A stretch of DNA of 33,616 nt from Thermoplasmata archaeon (GCA_030039865.1 JASHUS010000131.1:1-33616); one strand, 5' to 3'. Numbered from the stretch's first letter, positions 24,353 to 32,419 are shown. A program made the numbers and translations. The notes: generated by a model from the sequence alone, not told the origin.

Positions 24353-25396
24353 ATGGTCGAATCGGATACTGCGCGCGCGACGATGACCGACGCGATCCAC
24401 GTCGAGGGCCTGTCGAAGACGTACAACGGGACGGTCCGCGCGGTCGACAACATCTCGTTCTCGGTCACCCCCGGCGAAGCGTTCGGCTTCCTCGGGCCGA
24501 ACGGAGCCGGGAAGACCACGACGGTCTCCGTTCTCACCGCCCAGCTGGCGCCCACCGCGGGGCACGCCACGGTCGACGGGATCGACGTCTTCCGCGACCC
24601 GGCCGAGATCAAGCGCCGGATCGGGCTCGTGTTCCAGGAGTCGACCGCCGATAGCGATCTCACCGGACGCGAGAACCTCGAGCTCGCCGCGGCGCTGTTC
24701 GGGGTCCCGCGACGGGACGTCAAGACGAGGATCGACTCGTTGCTCGAGCGCATGCAGATCGGGGACGCCGCCGATCGCCTCGCGAAGACGTACTCGGGCG
24801 GCATGCGGCGCCGCCTCGAGCTCGCGGTCGGCATCATCCACTCGCCGCGGGTCCTCTTCCTGGACGAGCCGACGCTCGGCCTCGACCCGCAGGGACGGGC
24901 CGGTTTTTGGCGGTACGTCCAGGAGCTCCAGAAGGAGAACGGGATGACCGTCTTCGTCACGACCCACTATCTCGACGAAGCGGATTCGATCTGCGAGCGT
25001 CTCGCGATCATCGACCACGGCCACATCGTCGCGACAGGGAGTCCGTCCGAGCTCAAGGACCGGATCGGGGGGGACGTCGTCACGATCCGGACCTCGCGGA
25101 CGGATGCGTCGATCGAGACGGCCCTCCGGGCCCTGCCCGGCGTCACCGCCGTATCCGTGCAGGACGGGGCCTATCGGGTCAAGGCGCCGAAGGGCGACGC
25201 GCTCGTGCCGGTGCTCGTGCAGACCTGTGTGCAGCTCGGGGTCGGGCTCAGCTCGGTGTCGCTGAAGCGACCGAGCCTGGACGAGGTCTTCCTCGAGTTC
25301 ACGGGCCGGGAGTACCGGGAGGACGGGGTCACGGCCACGGACCGGGCCGTGCGGATCGGTCAGGTCAGCCAGGCGTTCGGGAGGTCCCGGCGATGA
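24353..25396 (+). CDS. ABC-2-type exporter ATP-binding protein (DrrA-like)
   Basis: Walker A GPNGAGKTT, signature YSGGMRRRLELA and Walker B VLFLDEPTLGLD. A C-terminal accessory domain is present. An alternative start is the ATG at 24383. Confidence 0.9.
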   Translation: MVESDTARATMTDAIHVEGLSKTYNGTVRAVDNISFSVTPGEAFGFLGPNGAGKTTTVSVLTAQLAPTAGHATVDGIDVFRDPAEIKRRIGLVFQESTADSDLTGRENLELAAALFGVPRRDVKTRIDSLLERMQIGDAADRLAKTYSGGMRRRLELAVGIIHSPRVLFLDEPTLGLDPQGRAGFWRYVQELQKENGMTVFVTTHYLDEADSICERLAIIDHGHIVATGSPSELKDRIGGDVVTIRTSRTDASIETALRALPGVTAVSVQDGAYRVKAPKGDALVPVLVQTCVQLGVGLSSVSLKRPSLDEVFLEFTGREYREDGVTATDRAVRIGQVSQAFGRSRR

Positions 25397-26238
25397 TGCG
25401 GGAGCTCGGGGCGCTCACGCGCCGGGAACTCCTGCGGATCGCGCGGAATCCCCAGGCGATCGCCACCTCGCTGCTGCTGCCGATCCTCTACCTCGTGCTG
25501 TTCGGTCAGGCGTTCAACCTGAACCACATCAGCTCGCTCAGTCCCGTCCCGCTCCCGCCGTCCGTCTTCCTCGAGCTCTACCGCGGCGCGCCGTCGTACT
25601 TCTCCTACTTCAGCGCGGGGATGACCGGGTTCGTCTCGGTCACCGCCACCCTGTTCGTCGGGGCGAACGTCATCTTCGACCGGCTGTTCGGCACGCTGAA
25701 GCGGACCGCGGCGAGCCCCGCGCGCCCGAGCGTGATCTTCGGCGCCCGCCTGATCGCGGGTTCCATGCAGCCGATCGGACTCGCCTTCCTCGTCCTCGGC
25801 CTCTCGCTCCTGCTCGGCCACGTCGGCCTCTCGGGCCTCGACGTGACCGCGTCGGTCGGCGTCGTCGGCGCGCTCGAGATCGTCGGCGCGATCGTGATCC
25901 TCTCCGTGATGTTCGCGTCGCTGTTCATCGCGATCGGCTTCAGCCTGCAGCAGCCCCAGACGTACTTCGCGGTCGTGAACGCGATCAACCTGCCCGTGCT
26001 GCTCACGTCCGCGGCGCTCTACCCGTGGGGGATCCTGCCCGACTGGCTGAAGAACGTCGCCTCGTACAACCCGATCACCCTCGCCGTGAACGTGCTCCGC
26101 GAGAACCTCTTCGCGGGGGCGTCGGCCTACTATCCGTACAGCGCGGGCGTCTACCTGCTGGGCCTCTTCGGCTGGGCGATCGCGATGTTCCTGGTCGCGA
26201 CGGTCCTCGCGAACCGGGCGCTCGCGCCCCAGCGGTAG
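25393..26238 (+). CDS. ABC-2-type transporter permease
   Basis: Trimmed from the track ORF to the ATG at 25393, which overlaps the ATPase stop (ATGA). 281 aa and six hydrophobic helices. The N-terminus MMRELGALTRRELLRIARNPQ is typical of the family. Confidence 0.85.
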   Translation: MMRELGALTRRELLRIARNPQAIATSLLLPILYLVLFGQAFNLNHISSLSPVPLPPSVFLELYRGAPSYFSYFSAGMTGFVSVTATLFVGANVIFDRLFGTLKRTAASPARPSVIFGARLIAGSMQPIGLAFLVLGLSLLLGHVGLSGLDVTASVGVVGALEIVGAIVILSVMFASLFIAIGFSLQQPQTYFAVVNAINLPVLLTSAALYPWGILPDWLKNVASYNPITLAVNVLRENLFAGASAYYPYSAGVYLLGLFGWAIAMFLVATVLANRALAPQR

Positions 26239-26248
26239 CGGAGACGGG

Positions 26249-26959
26249 TCACGGGGCCGGCCCGGCGCCGGATCCCCGTACCGCTCCGCGAAGGCCGACC
26301 GCGATCGCGAGCCGGACGGCCAGGAGCGCGACGAGGAAGAGCGGCAGCAGGAAGAGTTCGCCCCCCGGCCAGCTCCCGCCGAGGGCCTCCCCGCCCCAGA
26401 ACACGGCGAAGGCGAACAGCATCGACGTCGCGCCCCACTTGAGCCAGGGGACCTTGATGCGCCGGATCTGCTGGTGCACGGCGAGGGTGGCGACGGCGAG
26501 CACTGCCCCCGCCGCGATCGCGCCGAGGAGCGCCGACGGGCCGTAACCGGCCGCAGTGAGCGCGAGGAGGACGACCACCACCTCGGTCGACTCGACGGCG
26601 CCGACGGCGAATCCACCGGCGAATGGGACGATCGATCGCGATGGGCCCGCCGGGGGCCCCGAGCCGTGGACGGCCCACCGGTAGCTGCGGAGCGTGCTTG
26701 GGAAGAGGAAGATGCCGAATCCCGCGAGCGTGACGGCCGCGGCGCCGAGCAGCTCGGACTTCGGGAGCGCGGTCAGGACCGCACCGAAGGTGAACGCGAT
26801 CGCCGCGACGACGAGGATCCCGAGGAGCGCGCCGGCCGCGCCGTGGGCGATCCCGCGTTGATCGGCCGTGAGGGCGAAGACGAGGGCGACGACCTCGGTC
26901 ATCTCGACCACGGTGATCACGAAGCCGGCCGCGAGCGCCGGGCCGAAGAGGGAGATCAT
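26249..26959 (-). CDS. Integral membrane protein with an internal two-fold repeat (each half carries an E-x-T-E-V motif)
   Basis: Trimmed to the ATG at 26959 (MISLFGPALAAGFVITVVEMTEVVALVFAL... / ...FAGGFAVGAVESTEVVVVLLAL...), giving 236 aa. The start overlaps the stop of the upstream ORF (ATGA). Confidence 0.7.
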   Translation of the reverse strand: MISLFGPALAAGFVITVVEMTEVVALVFALTADQRGIAHGAAGALLGILVVAAIAFTFGAVLTALPKSELLGAAAVTLAGFGIFLFPSTLRSYRWAVHGSGPPAGPSRSIVPFAGGFAVGAVESTEVVVVLLALTAAGYGPSALLGAIAAGAVLAVATLAVHQQIRRIKVPWLKWGATSMLFAFAVFWGGEALGGSWPGGELFLLPLFLVALLAVRLAIAVGLRGAVRGSGAGPAP

Positions 26960-27588
26960 TCGAACGCGTACTCGGTCACCTGGGACCGCAGGACGGGCAG
27001 TCGGGTACGCAAGGCCGAGACCACGTCCTTCACATCGGTTGGACGGATCTTGCCCCACAGGTCGAGGCTTACCGCGTGCGTGCGCTCCCGATGCACCCGA
27101 CGCACCACGAGATCGGCCCGGAACGCGGGTCGCCCCGAGAGGCGCACGGCGAAGGATCGCGCGCCGGTCAGGTGCTTCCAGCGATCGTCGCGGAGGGCCC
27201 GGAGCATGTGGCCGACCGGCTCGACGAGGCCCGGGTGCGTCGCTTCCGGCAGCGGCAGCCATCCGCCCGGCTCGACTTCCCAGTGGTCGACCCGCGTGAA
27301 CCCCCGCGCGGAGAGCGCGTGCAGCGACTCCCCGACGAGCCGGAGCAGGTCCCCGATCTCGACGACCTGGCGCTCCCGAATGAGCGCCTCCATCTGGCGG
27401 AAGACGGGCAGGCCCACATCGCGGACGACCTCGTGATGCAGATCGACCTCGAGGTGCACGTGATGGAACGGTCGCGCGCGTCGACGGGATCGACCCGGAG
27501 CGACGCTCGTGGGCCACTCGAGGAACGACGTAGGTCCGGTCAGGTCCGGGGCGGAGATCGCGGGCTCCGGTAGAGGGGGCGGCGCCAT
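26956..27588 (-). CDS. Hypothetical soluble protein, translationally coupled to the downstream membrane protein
   Basis: I trimmed the 342-aa track ORF to the ATG at 27588, because codons upstream are rich in A/T-ending triplets and translate to R/P/G/A low complexity. A later GTG (VHLEVDLHHEVV...) is also possible. I recognise no family. Confidence 0.55.
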   Translation of the reverse strand: MAPPPLPEPAISAPDLTGPTSFLEWPTSVAPGRSRRRARPFHHVHLEVDLHHEVVRDVGLPVFRQMEALIRERQVVEIGDLLRLVGESLHALSARGFTRVDHWEVEPGGWLPLPEATHPGLVEPVGHMLRALRDDRWKHLTGARSFAVRLSGRPAFRADLVVRRVHRERTHAVSLDLWGKIRPTDVKDVVSALRTRLPVLRSQVTEYAFE

Positions 27589-27694
27589 GGCGAACGTCGC
27601 CGTCAACCCCCCGGGGGATTTGGCCTCGAGGTGCGGACTCCATCCCGACCGGACCCGCTCGGGCGAAGGATGACGCGTGAGTCCGCCGGCTGGA

Positions 27695-27701
27695 CTATAA
27701 G
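27695..27701 (+). promoter_or_regulatory. TATA-like box (CTATAAG) centred 28 nt upstream of the GTG at 27726
   Basis: An AT-rich element in GC-rich DNA at the same spacing as other leaderless starts in the window. Confidence 0.35.
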
Positions 27702-27725
27702 CCAGGAGGAAGGTTCCGAAGGATC

Positions 27726-27881
27726 GTGTGCGATCTCCCGGAAGAGGACCTCGCGGAGTATCTGCTCTGGCGCGAGCGGGCGGCAGCACGGCCCCCCGAG
27801 CGCGCGACTTCGCGAACGCCCGCGGCGGAGACGTCCCGCACCCGTGCTTCCGAGCAGCTCCTGGCCGAAGTCGAAGCCTAG
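27726..27881 (+). CDS. Candidate leaderless 51-aa ORF (MCDLPEEDLAEYLLWRERAAARPPERATSRTPAAETSRTRASEQLLAEVEA)
   Basis: GTG start at TATA-consistent spacing. About four-fifths of third positions are G/C. The TAG stop is followed 15 nt later by a perfect 9-bp hairpin. Below the track size cutoff. I recognise no family. Confidence 0.3.
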   Translation: MCDLPEEDLAEYLLWRERAAARPPERATSRTPAAETSRTRASEQLLAEVEA

Positions 27882-27895
27882 CGGGGGACTTCCCC

Positions 27896-27916
27896 GACGC
27901 GCGGGACCCGCGCGTC
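27896..27916. repeat. Perfect 9-bp GC inverted repeat with a 3-nt loop (GACGCGCGG-GAC-CCGCGCGTC)
   Basis: Read directly. The right arm is the exact reverse complement of the left arm. Confidence 0.8.
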
Positions 27917-27996
27917 GTCGGGCCCGCCGAGGGGGCGCCGCCGATCGGACCGGCCCGTGGACGGGGTATGTCGAGATATAGCATTACACTACGAAC

Positions 27997-28005
27997 TATT
28001 TATTT
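27997..28005 (+). promoter_or_regulatory. TATA box (TATTTATTT) centred 28 nt upstream of the ATG at 28029
   Basis: It lies in the most AT-rich stretch of the window (27971-28030). A second ATATA at 27976-27980 may serve the opposite strand. Confidence 0.5.
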
Positions 28006-28028
28006 CGCATCGTGGCAACATACTAGGC

Positions 28029-28265
28029 ATGAGCGAATACTCGGGCGAGGCGCCGCGGATTCCGATCGAGCGACCGGGTGCGGGCGACGAGGTCTCGCGG
28101 CGCCGGGCGGGGCCCGTGGGTGAGTTCCTGGCGCTGGAGTTCCCTCGGGAAAGTGTCGCCTGGGTGCTGGGCGATGCGGATCGTCCTCGCCGAGCCCGGA
28201 CGGCCCGATCGAACCCGCCTCGGACCCGGGTCTGGGCGCTATTCGGTCGCGGTCGTACGGACTAG
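28029..28265 (+). CDS. Candidate leaderless 78-aa ORF upstream of the thioesterase
   Basis: The ATG is at TATA-consistent spacing. G/C third positions are moderate and decline toward the 3' end. The sequence is R/P/G-rich (MSEYSGEAPRIPIERPGAGDEVSRRRAGPVGEFLALEFPRESVAWVLGDA...). It may be only a translated leader. Confidence 0.3.
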   Translation: MSEYSGEAPRIPIERPGAGDEVSRRRAGPVGEFLALEFPRESVAWVLGDADRPRRARTARSNPPRTRVWALFGRGRTD

Positions 28266-28319
28266 TTCCGGCGGCCGTGCGGCCGAAACCCCGAAAGGAC
28301 GCGAGAGCTTCCGGGGCGC

Positions 28320-28811
28320 ATGGGTGAGCTCGAGAATCCCGAGGAGAATCCGTGCTTCGGATGCGGCCCCCGACACCCTCGGGGGCTGCACCTGCGATTT
28401 GAATCCGTGCAGGCCGAGGACGGCGTTCCCGAGGTCGCGACCCGTTTCACGCCGCAGCCCGACGAGATCGGATGGCCGACGCTCTTCCACCACGGACTCC
28501 ACTTCACGGTGCTCTACGAGGCGTCGTACTGGACCGCCCTGACGTTGGGAGGAAGGCTGTGGGTGAGCACGGGTCCGATCCGCTACGACGCCCGGCGTCT
28601 CCCGCGGGTGGGCGTGGAGCACGTGGCCCGCGCGCGGGTCCTCGAGAGGTCCGCGTCGTCCCTCTCCATTCGAGCCACCAGCGCCACCCTCGCGGGCAAG
28701 CCCTGTGGAGAGCTCGAGTCGAACTGGACGCCGGCGCGGCGTGAGGCGGTCGAGCGGGCCGGCATCACGCTGCCCGCGTACCTGCTTTCGGAGATTCCGG
28801 ACGGGGAGTGA
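28320..28811 (+). CDS. PaaI/4HBT-type hotdog-fold thioesterase
   Basis: 163 aa. The N-terminal NPCFGCGPRHPRGLHLRF motif and the size are typical of PaaI-like thioesterases. Confidence 0.75.
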   Translation: MGELENPEENPCFGCGPRHPRGLHLRFESVQAEDGVPEVATRFTPQPDEIGWPTLFHHGLHFTVLYEASYWTALTLGGRLWVSTGPIRYDARRLPRVGVEHVARARVLERSASSLSIRATSATLAGKPCGELESNWTPARREAVERAGITLPAYLLSEIPDGE

Positions 28812-28825
28812 CGTGGCCGAGCGCG

Positions 28826-29416
28826 TCAGTCCTGCGGTCCGGGCTCCCGAGCGAACCATCCGCCCCGCTCGAGCTCGCGCACGACGAAGTCGACGCACTC
28901 CGTCGAGGAAAGTCGCCCTGCGTCGACCTGGATCTCGGGAGCCTCGGGGGGCTCGTACGGATCGTCGACGCCGGTCATCTCGTGGATCTCTCCGGCGAGC
29001 GCCTTCCGATAGAGACCCTTGGGGTCGCGCGCCATGCAAACTTCGAGGGGTGTCGCGACGTACACCTCGACGAACCGACCGATCGTGTCGCGGGCGGCGG
29101 CGCGCGACGCGCGGTACGGGGAGATGAGCGCCACGATCGGGATGGTTTCGTGGCGGGCCAGGAGCTTCGCCACGTAGGCGACCCGGCGCGCGTGCGCCTC
29201 GCGCGACCGGCGGTCAAAACCCAGGTCCGCGCTGAGTCCCTGCCGGACCTCGTCCCCGTCGAGCAGCTCGGCGCCCCAGCCCCGCTGCTTGAGCTTCGCG
29301 AGCAGCCCCTGCGCGATCGTCGTCTTCCCGGCCGCCGGAAGACCGGTCAGCCACAGGCAGAAGCCCTCGCGGCGGGAAACGGCCGGAGGCGAGGTCGCGT
29401 CCGGCATCTCAGGCAT
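28826..29416 (-). CDS. cysC: Adenylylsulfate (APS) kinase
   Basis: P-loop LTGLPAAGKTT, LDGDEVR, ISPY and DPKGLYRKA motifs. The start overlaps the sat stop by 8 nt. Confidence 0.9.
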   Translation of the reverse strand: MPEMPDATSPPAVSRREGFCLWLTGLPAAGKTTIAQGLLAKLKQRGWGAELLDGDEVRQGLSADLGFDRRSREAHARRVAYVAKLLARHETIPIVALISPYRASRAAARDTIGRFVEVYVATPLEVCMARDPKGLYRKALAGEIHEMTGVDDPYEPPEAPEIQVDAGRLSSTECVDFVVRELERGGWFAREPGPQD

Positions 29417-30575
29417 CGATCAGGACGTTCGGTCGGCGGAGGATCTCGGCGACCTCCGGGCGCAGGAGCTCGGCGGGGATCGGGCCGTTCTCGCGGAGGG
29501 CGCTTCGGATCCGGCTCTGGCTCGTGTCGATGCGATCGCTCGGGGGGTGGCCGCACGACCGGCTGCTCGTCGTTTGGCCGCATCGGCGACAATAGAACGA
29601 CTCGTCATACCGGAGGGGGACGATCCCGACGTCGTATTCGTCGAAGATCCGGTGCGCGGCGTACGGCTCGTAGAACGAGCCGACCCCCGCCTGGTCCCGA
29701 CCCACGATGTAGTGGGAGCAGCCGTAGTTCCTGCGGACGATCGCGAGGAAGAGGGCGGCCTTGGGCCCGGCGTAGCGCATCGCGATCGTGAGCGCCCCGA
29801 GCACGACCCGCTGCGGCGAGTAATAATTCGTGACGAGCGCCTCGTACGCCGCGAGGATGACCTCGGGTCGGTAGTCGCCCTTCTTGAGGCGGCCCACGAC
29901 CGGATGGATCAAGAGGCCGTCCACGTCCTCGCGTTCGAGCGTGACGCGCTGCAGGTACTCGTGCGCGACGTGCGGGGGGTTGCGGCACTGGTACGCTGCG
30001 ACCGACGACCAGCCTTTCTTCGCGAACAACGCGCGCAGCTCCCGGGGGGTGTACTCGAGGGGCGCCGTCGACTCCGGAAGACGCCGCAGAAGGTCGATCG
30101 AACCGGCGAGCGCCGTGTCCCCCCAGTTCGTGAGGTCCGCGACGTTCGGATGCTTCGCATCCGTCGTTCCGTAGACCGACCGTGCGAGCCGGGACCGGTC
30201 GACCGCGAACTTCTCGCTGAGGTGAAGGATCCCGATCAGGTGCCCCGAGGCGTCCTCGAGCCCGAGATCGTCGCCGGGGGCCGCGGCGTCGACCACGGAA
30301 CGGTTCGTGGGGCCGGCCGGTGCGAGGAGAATCGGGATCGACCAGGGAAGACCGCTCGGCAAGTGGGCGTCGCGCTCGACCGACTCGAGCTCGGCCGATC
30401 CCATGAACCCGATGAGCGGGCTGTAGGCCCCGATGCCAATCTTGTCGAGATCATAGAGCTCATCGATCGACGGTCGGACCCTCGGCAGATCCCGCGCCTC
30501 GTTCTCCCGACGGGCGCGTTCCACGTCGGAGATGCCGCGGTCGACGAGCGACCCACCGTACCCGGTCGGTATCAT
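29409..30575 (-). CDS. sat: Sulfate adenylyltransferase (ATP sulfurylase)
   Basis: Trimmed to the ATG at 30575 (MIPTGYGGSLVDR...). QCRNPPHVAHEYL and GRDQAGVG (HxxH / GRD) motifs are present. A C-terminal Cys cluster reads CRRCGQTTSSRSCGH. Confidence 0.9.
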   Translation of the reverse strand: MIPTGYGGSLVDRGISDVERARRENEARDLPRVRPSIDELYDLDKIGIGAYSPLIGFMGSAELESVERDAHLPSGLPWSIPILLAPAGPTNRSVVDAAAPGDDLGLEDASGHLIGILHLSEKFAVDRSRLARSVYGTTDAKHPNVADLTNWGDTALAGSIDLLRRLPESTAPLEYTPRELRALFAKKGWSSVAAYQCRNPPHVAHEYLQRVTLEREDVDGLLIHPVVGRLKKGDYRPEVILAAYEALVTNYYSPQRVVLGALTIAMRYAGPKAALFLAIVRRNYGCSHYIVGRDQAGVGSFYEPYAAHRIFDEYDVGIVPLRYDESFYCRRCGQTTSSRSCGHPPSDRIDTSQSRIRSALRENGPIPAELLRPEVAEILRRPNVLIDA

Positions 30576-30721
30576 GCGCCCGAGGCCCGAGCCTCGGCGT
30601 CGATCGTCAGAACCGGTTCGGAATCGGGGCAGAGGGCGGGGAATTCGCCGCGCGCGGGCCGGAGAAGGGAGACGACTCCCAGGGCGTTCTCGGACATCGC
30701 CCCGGGAGCAGGTCGGCGGTT

Positions 30722-31483
30722 TTAGGCGTTCGGGACCGGTCGGGCCACGGGTCGCTCGGCCGCCGCGGGGAGTCGGACGTCCTGGGCCCGAGCGAACTCC
30801 TCGAGCCACGGGCACTCGCGTAGCATCGTCTGGATCGCGGCGGGGCGGTTTCCGTATCGGCGCCAGCGCTGGGGCGAGAGGAGCTCAAAGCCCGAGACCG
30901 AGTTCTCCCGGCCAACGCCCGTGCCGAGGATCGTCACCCCTCCGCTGAGGAGTACGAGGGCTGGCAGGACAAGGATCAGCGCGAGGTAGGTCGGCCAGGT
31001 CGTAGCGGTCGCAAAGCCGAGCCCCCAGAAGACGGCGGAGGCCAACGCCGCCAGAGCGCCCCACACCAAGGGGCCGGCCGCGTACGTGTGGCATCGTGCC
31101 GAGCGGCGGAACTCGACGGAGGCGCGCACGTACTCCTTCAGCACCACCCCGACGACCGAGTTCGGCGTCGGCAGGTCCTCCGGATTATCGTGGGCGCTGA
31201 TCGCGCCGGCCATCTCGAGCTCGAGCAGCCGCAGTTGGCCGTACTCGGTCGCGAGGAGCACCCCGATCGAGAACGCGCCGATCATCCCGAGGATGAGCAG
31301 CAGGGGGACGAACGCGGCCGACTGGTTCGCGAGCGTCGTGGCCTCCGCGACCAGCAGGATCGCGTACGCGATGCCGACGATCACGCCCACCACGAGCACC
31401 CGGCCCTCCGGAGTATCCGGAGGGGGCGGGGACGGGAGGGTCCAGGACCGGGTCGGGGACGGTGGGCTGGCAGATTCGGACAC
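30722..31483 (-). CDS. Hypothetical membrane protein (four predicted TM helices, Pro-rich N-terminus)
   Basis: 253 aa, with hydrophobic segments VLVVGVIVGIAYAILLVAEA, FVPLLLILGMIGAFSIGVLLA, LVWGALAALASAVFWGLGFA and YLALILVLPALVLLSGGVTIL. G/C third positions are good. Confidence 0.6.
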   Translation of the reverse strand: MSESASPPSPTRSWTLPSPPPPDTPEGRVLVVGVIVGIAYAILLVAEATTLANQSAAFVPLLLILGMIGAFSIGVLLATEYGQLRLLELEMAGAISAHDNPEDLPTPNSVVGVVLKEYVRASVEFRRSARCHTYAAGPLVWGALAALASAVFWGLGFATATTWPTYLALILVLPALVLLSGGVTILGTGVGRENSVSGFELLSPQRWRRYGNRPAAIQTMLRECPWLEEFARAQDVRLPAAAERPVARPVPNA

Positions 31484-31507
31484 GGCGTGAAAAACGTCGG
31501 GCCTCTC

Positions 31508-31512
31508 TTAAA
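31508..31512 (-). promoter_or_regulatory. TATA-like box (minus strand CTTTAAG) centred 27 nt upstream of the ATG at 31483
   Basis: An AT-rich core read directly. The spacing matches the leaderless pattern. Confidence 0.4.
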
Positions 31513-31605
31513 GACCCTCCGATGGGCCGGCCGGGCCGTGCGGAGCGGTCTCCGTAACCGACCGGAGCCTCCGACCGGGGAAAGATAGATGAATCCCGTC
31601 CCGGC

Positions 31606-32310
31606 ATGGAGAGGGATTGGGGCAACAGCGTGCCGCCGGCGAGGACCCGGAGTTGGAATGACGTCCTCGATAATCTCGGCGAGAATCTGATCCGGCTCGG
31701 CACGTCGCTCTCGGTATTGGCCGACACTCCGGCCAACGCCGCGAGCGAGGCGACGTTCATCCAGTCGATGGAGCGGATCGCGACCGGTTTCCGGCTCGCG
31801 TTCCGTCAGGCCCGGCCCGCGCTCGTCGCCGGGGAACCCGTGTTCGTCCAGCTGACGAAGATGAGCGTCGACGAGCTCGCCACCGTCCACTCGGTCAGCG
31901 CGACGGAGAAGCTCGGCGGCGCCCACACGCTCGTCCACGAGGGCGTGCTGGTCTGCCAAGAGATGGTCGCGCTGCTCAACCTGATCGAGCAGGGAGCTCA
32001 GACCGAGCCCGAGCGCACTCGTCAGACGTTCCTCTCCTCGCTGCGGGCGCTTGCGGAGGTCACGGCGTCCTCGGGTTGGGATCTACGCAACGTGAGCCAC
32101 GAGTACGAGGCCGAGTCCCGGCTCACCGAGGGCCGTGGGGGGACGCCCCGGCCGGTTGCGACGGCCTCGATGGGCCTTCTCCACGACATGGCCGAGGCGG
32201 CCCGAGGTCTCCGCGCCGCACGGCGTGAGTGGTTCCGGATCGGACAGCGGCTCTCCTCGGTCCTTGGACCCGAGGTTGGAACCGTCGTGCTCGCCACCGA
32301 GGTCAACTGA
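31606..32310 (+). CDS. Hypothetical, predicted helical cytoplasmic protein
   Basis: 234 aa with no TM segments and coding-like composition. I recognise no family. It is divergent from the membrane protein at 30722-31483. Confidence 0.55.
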   Translation: MERDWGNSVPPARTRSWNDVLDNLGENLIRLGTSLSVLADTPANAASEATFIQSMERIATGFRLAFRQARPALVAGEPVFVQLTKMSVDELATVHSVSATEKLGGAHTLVHEGVLVCQEMVALLNLIEQGAQTEPERTRQTFLSSLRALAEVTASSGWDLRNVSHEYEAESRLTEGRGGTPRPVATASMGLLHDMAEAARGLRAARREWFRIGQRLSSVLGPEVGTVVLATEVN

Positions 32311-32411
32311 TCCGCGGGGGGTCCTCCTCACCGCAAGTGTCGCACGCATCGCGACACCACGTAAGTATCGGTAGTACGTACCGGGGCCACCGCCTCCAGT
32401 CCAAAATGCTT

Positions 32412-32419
32412 CTATAGTA
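32412..32419 (+). promoter_or_regulatory. TATA-like box (CTATAGTA) about 25 nt upstream of the ATG at 32440
   Basis: An AT-rich element at the appropriate spacing. Confidence 0.4.

Noticed and set aside
27600-27955. Minus-strand RNase P RNA (GGGGAAGUCCCC resembling CR-I, GGCUUAUAG resembling CR-V, a P3-like GC hairpin and a TATA at 27976-27980), or an SRP RNA on either strand
   Set aside because: - The CR-I-like element has only two A residues and does not fit the universal GNAANNUC pattern.
- There is no ACAGAA before GGCUUA.
- None of the other type-A hallmarks I remember are present (GGUAAGAGC, GUGCCACAGAAA, GCAAACCCC).
- The spacing between the two elements is short.
- GGCUUAUAG is simply the reverse complement of a plus-strand TATA-like box.
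- No SRP helix-8 pattern (GGAA tetraloop adjacent to AGCA) is present.

A covariance-model scan should still be run.
28263-28265. An in-frame TAG separates the 78-codon ORF (28029-28262) from the thioesterase ORF (28320-28811). This raised the possibility of pyrrolysine, readthrough or a pseudogene.
   Set aside because: A shared frame happens by chance one time in three, and long open frames are normal at this GC content. PaaI-type thioesterases are complete at about 140-165 aa. The upstream ORF is R/P/G-rich with only moderate codon bias. No Pyl machinery is visible in the window.
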